From: Candidatus Eiseniibacteriota bacterium
GTDB taxonomy: Bacteria; Eisenbacteria; RBG-16-71-46; DASYSL01
Direction: 5' to 3'
Assembly: GCA_031431875.1 (NCBI GenBank)
Contig: JANPEF010000106.1
Coordinates: 44,680 to 108,679 of the forward strand
Length of the DNA stretch: 64,000 nucleotides
Part shown: piece by piece, positions 60,316-64,000 of the stretch
Layout of the letters: each line of letters begins with the position of its first letter
How positions within the stretch are numbered: the first letter of the stretch is position 1
Position numbers and translations under genes: made by a program
Notes under the pieces: generated by a model
What the model was told of the DNA's origin: nothing
Seen by the model: only the letters and a program-made list of their open reading frames with translations
The model's database searches: none

Positions 60316-60821
60316 GCGCAGAACTGGTTTCGAATCCCCCGCGGCTGCGAGGGATTCTGAAACCCGCATGAGCCCCCGAGCAAAGTCTCCGCAGATCATC
60401 GTTTGAAAGGGCTCCGAGGTCGAGGGGCGGTCAGCGAGTGGAACGCGGGGCCAGCAATGCCCGCCAGACTGTAGCCATGACCGTCGCCAGTGGCATCGCC
60501 CGCGTCGGCTTGGTGCGGCCAGGGGAACTCCTGAGTCGTACGGTCTCGCAGCTCTCCGCCACCGACCCTTCGTCGCAGCCAGAAAGTCGTTGGGCCTGCA
60601 AGCGGCCCAATCGGTTACGCCGATTGGGCGTTCACTTGGAGGGGCCGGCAAGGGTCTGGAAGGGACCTCTGCGGACCGGACTGTATCACCCATTCGTTAA
60701 CCCCTTCTGGCCATCGAGCAATCTCCGGCCGAAATGCTGATTGACCTCCTTGGCGAATGCCGCAACCATGGCGGGACAGGATTCATCGGCAGAGTCGGGT
60801 GAACCGAAGTGGAGTCCTCGG

Positions 60822-61265
60822 ATGAAGCGATCGCACAGGGCGAGCACATCGGCGGTTCTCAGCCTTACGCTCGTGCTGTCGACGATCGTTTGCACTCAGA
60901 GCTCGGTCCGGCCTGCGTCGATCGGTCGATCCCTTGAAGTGACAGGCTCCGAGCAGTCCGCAGAGACATCGACATCCTCGTCCGGGTGTTCTCATCCGGG
61001 CTGTGAGGACCAGGGAACAGAGATGCCCGCCCCGAGCGCTTGCTGCCTCACTTGGGCACCCGCCGGCCCCCTGGTCACATTTGCACCTCCGAACCTCATT
61101 GCCGATCCTCGCCTGTCCCTCGAACTGGATGCGACTCCGATCGGCATGTTGTCGGCCGCTGCGCAATCGGTCCGACCGGCCTGGGGTTTCCCGCCCGGAG
61201 TCAGACCCGCATCGAAGGGCCTGCTTCGCAGTTCCCTCCTCGGACGCGCCCCTCCGCTCGCCTAG
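60822..61265 (+). CDS. Cys-containing exported small protein ending in RAPP (DUF2946/CruR-like upstream ORF)
   Basis: GGAG RBS; hydrophobic N-terminus; GCSHPGC, SACC; C-terminus LLGRAPPLA*. Confidence 0.65.
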   Translation: MKRSHRASTSAVLSLTLVLSTIVCTQSSVRPASIGRSLEVTGSEQSAETSTSSSGCSHPGCEDQGTEMPAPSACCLTWAPAGPLVTFAPPNLIADPRLSLELDATPIGMLSAAAQSVRPAWGFPPGVRPASKGLLRSSLLGRAPPLA

Positions 61266-61441
61266 CCGTGCCTTCTTGGCCAATGAAAACCGAACCAACC
61301 ATCCGTGTGTCTGGCGCGTGCCTGCTCGACACGAATCGAGGCGCATCCAGTTCCCTTCTCAGGAGAGTTCGTCGCATCGTGATCGCACCCTCATGGCCGG
61401 CGATGTGACGCCGGACCGGCCGGAACCCAAATGAATTCGCG

Positions 61442-62713
61442 GTGACCACCATGACAAGGTCCACAGTTCGCCGACTCGCCCTCGTTTTCGTCATCGGGGC
61501 GACTGTCCTGCCGGCCGAGGCTGGAGCACGGGCAACATCCGTGCTTCCGTCGCCACTGACCCTCGCGGACGTCATCCGCGTCGCCAGCGAACGGAGGGAC
61601 GAGATCCAGGCGGCGCGCGCGCGCACCCAGGCGGGGAGGGCGCGACCAGACATCGTGTCAGGGCTCGAGGACCCGATGATCTCGCCATCGGTCGACCACC
61701 GGCCATTCATGATGAGTGGCGCGGACGTGAGTATCGCCATCGAACAACGAATCCCGCTGTCGGGGATTCGCGGCCACCGTCGTGCGTCCGCTCTGGCCGA
61801 CGTTGAGCGGCTCAGCGCGGACGCGAGCCGGACGACGCTGGATGTGGGTCTTCAGGCCGCCGAAGCGTTCCTGATGCTGCAGGAGCGTCGACGCACGGCG
61901 GCCCTGGTCACCGAACAGATCGCTTTTGCCCGCGACGTGGTGAACGCCGCGAACGCGCGATACTCGAGCGGATTGGCGCCACAATCCGACGTGCTCCGTG
62001 CGGAGGTCGGCGTTGCGCGTCTGGAAGCACTGGCGAAGGCGCTCGTCAGCGACGTGCGCGGTGCGGAAGCGATGCTCAATACGAGCATGGCGCAGGACAC
62101 GGATATGCCTGTCCCGCCCCTGGCTCCGGTCACACTCGCGCGGCCGCTTCCCTCCTGGCCCGACATCAAGTCCGTGCTGACATCCAGGCCGGAGCTTGCC
62201 TCCGGCCGGGCCGAAGTCTCTCGCGCCGAGGCAGAGGTGCAGGTGATGCGCGACATGTTCCGCCCCATGGCAACGATTCGCACCGGAGTGGCCTCCACGA
62301 TGGCCGAGGGGCGCGGCTGGATGGCCATGGTCGGCATCAGCTTGCCCGTCTGGCGCGGGAAATTGAACGCCGGCGTCGACGAAGCGGAGGCGATGCGCGC
62401 GATGTCAAAGGCGGACCTGCAGGCCATGGCCCGGATGATTGAGGGCGACGCGGCAGTCGCCGTCAACCAGCTCCAGGCCGCACGCGATCGGCAACAAGCG
62501 CTTCACGACGACGTGCTGCCGCGCGCGCGAATGGTGATCGATCCGGCGGTTGCCGGCTACGCGGCGGGTCGGCTGCCACTGGTGAGTGTGATCGAAGCCG
62601 TGCAGGCGCTCTGGTCGGTGCAATCGGACCTGATCGCCGCCGACACGGAACTGGGGCTGGCGTGGGCCCGCCTTGGGCGGGCGATCGGATCGTACGAGGG
62701 GATGGGCCCATGA
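61442..62713 (+). CDS. TolC-family outer-membrane factor (CusC/CzcC-like)
   Basis: Signal peptide, LEDP, EQRIP..G, ARYSSG..QSDVLRA, ISLPVW, GYAAG. Start 61442 or 61451. Confidence 0.88.
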   Translation: MTTMTRSTVRRLALVFVIGATVLPAEAGARATSVLPSPLTLADVIRVASERRDEIQAARARTQAGRARPDIVSGLEDPMISPSVDHRPFMMSGADVSIAIEQRIPLSGIRGHRRASALADVERLSADASRTTLDVGLQAAEAFLMLQERRRTAALVTEQIAFARDVVNAANARYSSGLAPQSDVLRAEVGVARLEALAKALVSDVRGAEAMLNTSMAQDTDMPVPPLAPVTLARPLPSWPDIKSVLTSRPELASGRAEVSRAEAEVQVMRDMFRPMATIRTGVASTMAEGRGWMAMVGISLPVWRGKLNAGVDEAEAMRAMSKADLQAMARMIEGDAAVAVNQLQAARDRQQALHDDVLPRARMVIDPAVAGYAAGRLPLVSVIEAVQALWSVQSDLIAADTELGLAWARLGRAIGSYEGMGP

Positions 62714-63957
62714 CCTTCGCATCCCGCCTCCCCCGAATCGGCGCACCGATCGCAGCCGCCGTCGCGATCGCCACACTGGTGATTGGCGCCCTGTGGGTGC
62801 AGCACTCGCGCGAGGCGTGGCCCTTCTCACCCCGTGGACCCAAGGCCGCCGCGGTCCGGGACTCGAGTGCGGTCGGCGCAGTGGCGCCGGCATCCGGCGC
62901 TGATCGAGTCCCGATCGTTGTTCCTGCCTCGACGCTCCAGGAACTCGACATTCGCCTCGAGGTGGTCCGAACGACCTCGCTGACGCAGTCGGTGCGCGCT
63001 GTGGCCACCGTCGTGCCCGACGAATCGATGATCTCGCACGTGCACACCCGAGTGTCGGGATGGGTCGAGCAGCTCCACATCAACACCACCGGGGAGTTGG
63101 TCCGGGCCGGTCAGCCCCTCGCACGAATCTTCTCGCAGGAACTCCTCTCCTCCCAGGCCGAATACCTGGCCGCCCGGAAGACGACAGCGGCCTCGGGGAT
63201 CACGAGCGTCGTCGTGGCCGGCGGTCGCGCGCGACTCATCGTCCTCGGGATGACGCCATCGGAAATCGACGCGATCGAGAGATCCGGCGAACCGAAGCGC
63301 CTGGTCACCGTGGTCGCTCCCCGAGGTGGAGTGGTCGTGAACCGGGGCGTGACGGTTGGCACCTCCGTGGATCCATCGACGACGCTCATGACGATCGCCG
63401 ACCTGTCGCGCGTGTGGATTCTCGCCGAGGTTCCGGAGACGAGCATCCCGGCGGTGCGCATCGGCATGATCGCCCTGCTCGATTTCCCGGCGTCAGGCCG
63501 TCCCGTGTTTCCGGCACGTGTCGAGTTTCTCTATCCGACCCTCACCGAGCGGACGCGCACGCTGCGCGTCCGCTTCTCGGCAGACAATCGCGGCGGCGTG
63601 CTCAGGCCGGGCCTCTACGGCACCGTCGCCTTCGAATCGACCGGAAGGATGGTGATCACCGTCCCGCGGGACGCCGTCGTCGACACCGGATTGCGGCAGC
63701 ACGTGTTCGTCGCCAGCAAGGATGGGTTCGAGCCGCGAGTCGTCACGCTCGGCGTGCAGTTGGCGGATCGCGTCGAGGTCCGCGCCGGGCTCGAGGAGGG
63801 GGAACGGATCGTCGCCGCGGGGGTGTTCCTCCTGGATTCGGAAAGCCGACTGCGCGCCACGGGCGGCGGCGGCGGGCATGCTCATGGGGCGGCAGCCGCG
63901 CCTCGGGACGAGCCGGCGGGCGCGGTGGAAGACCCGCACGCGGACCACCGGAAGTAA
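62710..63957 (+). CDS. RND membrane fusion protein (CusB-like)
   Basis: RVSGWVEQL, FSQELLSSQAEYL, IADLSRVW, YPTL..TRT, LRPG, LLDSES; His-containing tail. Confidence 0.9.
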   Translation: MTFASRLPRIGAPIAAAVAIATLVIGALWVQHSREAWPFSPRGPKAAAVRDSSAVGAVAPASGADRVPIVVPASTLQELDIRLEVVRTTSLTQSVRAVATVVPDESMISHVHTRVSGWVEQLHINTTGELVRAGQPLARIFSQELLSSQAEYLAARKTTAASGITSVVVAGGRARLIVLGMTPSEIDAIERSGEPKRLVTVVAPRGGVVVNRGVTVGTSVDPSTTLMTIADLSRVWILAEVPETSIPAVRIGMIALLDFPASGRPVFPARVEFLYPTLTERTRTLRVRFSADNRGGVLRPGLYGTVAFESTGRMVITVPRDAVVDTGLRQHVFVASKDGFEPRVVTLGVQLADRVEVRAGLEEGERIVAAGVFLLDSESRLRATGGGGGHAHGAAAAPRDEPAGAVEDPHADHRK

Positions 63958-63962
63958 CGGCC

Positions 63963-64000
63963 ATGGTCGAACGAGTCATCGAGCTCTCGGTTCGTCACCG
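63963..64000 (+). CDS. Start of a probable CusA/CzcA RND pump (partial)
   Basis: MVERVIELSVRH 5 nt after the MFP stop, resembling CusA N-termini; mostly contextual. Confidence 0.65.
   Translation, partial: MVERVIELSVRH

Noticed and set aside
60326..60340. tRNA gene suggested by TTCGAATCCC
   Set aside because: No cloverleaf; the sequence pairs with a downstream arm instead.
60438..60740. 100-aa ORF between dnaK and the efflux cassette
   Set aside because: No motif or convincing RBS.

Overview
High-GC diderm bacterial chromosome segment. Proteins with T9SS/FlgD-like C-terminal domains, a PorV-type barrel and a GWxTD protein suggest an FCB-superphylum lineage such as Ca. Eisenbacteria; this is an inference, not a search result. 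Layout: (1) 1-16.5 kb housekeeping run: metK, ahcY, ftsK, rimO, bamD, nadD, polA, coaE, frameshifted prfB, phosphomannomutase, methyltransferase, 3-methyladenine glycosylase. (2) 16.6-26.6 kb envelope locus: outer-membrane barrel, TonB-dependent receptor, large acidic protein with a sorting-type C-terminal domain (CTD), PorV-like barrel, GWxTD-variant protein. This is the best candidate for an undescribed system. (3) 26.6-37.2 kb accessory island: one intact ISL3 (22-bp IRs, 8-bp target duplication), one truncated ISL3, an Asp-box propeller protein, a 1394-aa copper-radical oxidase with an inserted kelch block, and gene relics. (4) Glycolysis cluster, secG, tRNA-Leu(GAG), HIT, orphan ZAS protein, GH32-like secreted protein, TlpA. 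(5) tol-pal operon and mixed metabolic genes including a gamma-CA/DinB fusion. (6) hsp20-dnaK behind a sigma54-type promoter, a structured intergenic element, and a heavy-metal RND cassette preceded by a Cys-rich ORF ending in RAPP. Three genes appear to start at CTG. No CRISPR array or rRNA was seen. All product calls come from motif recognition by eye.
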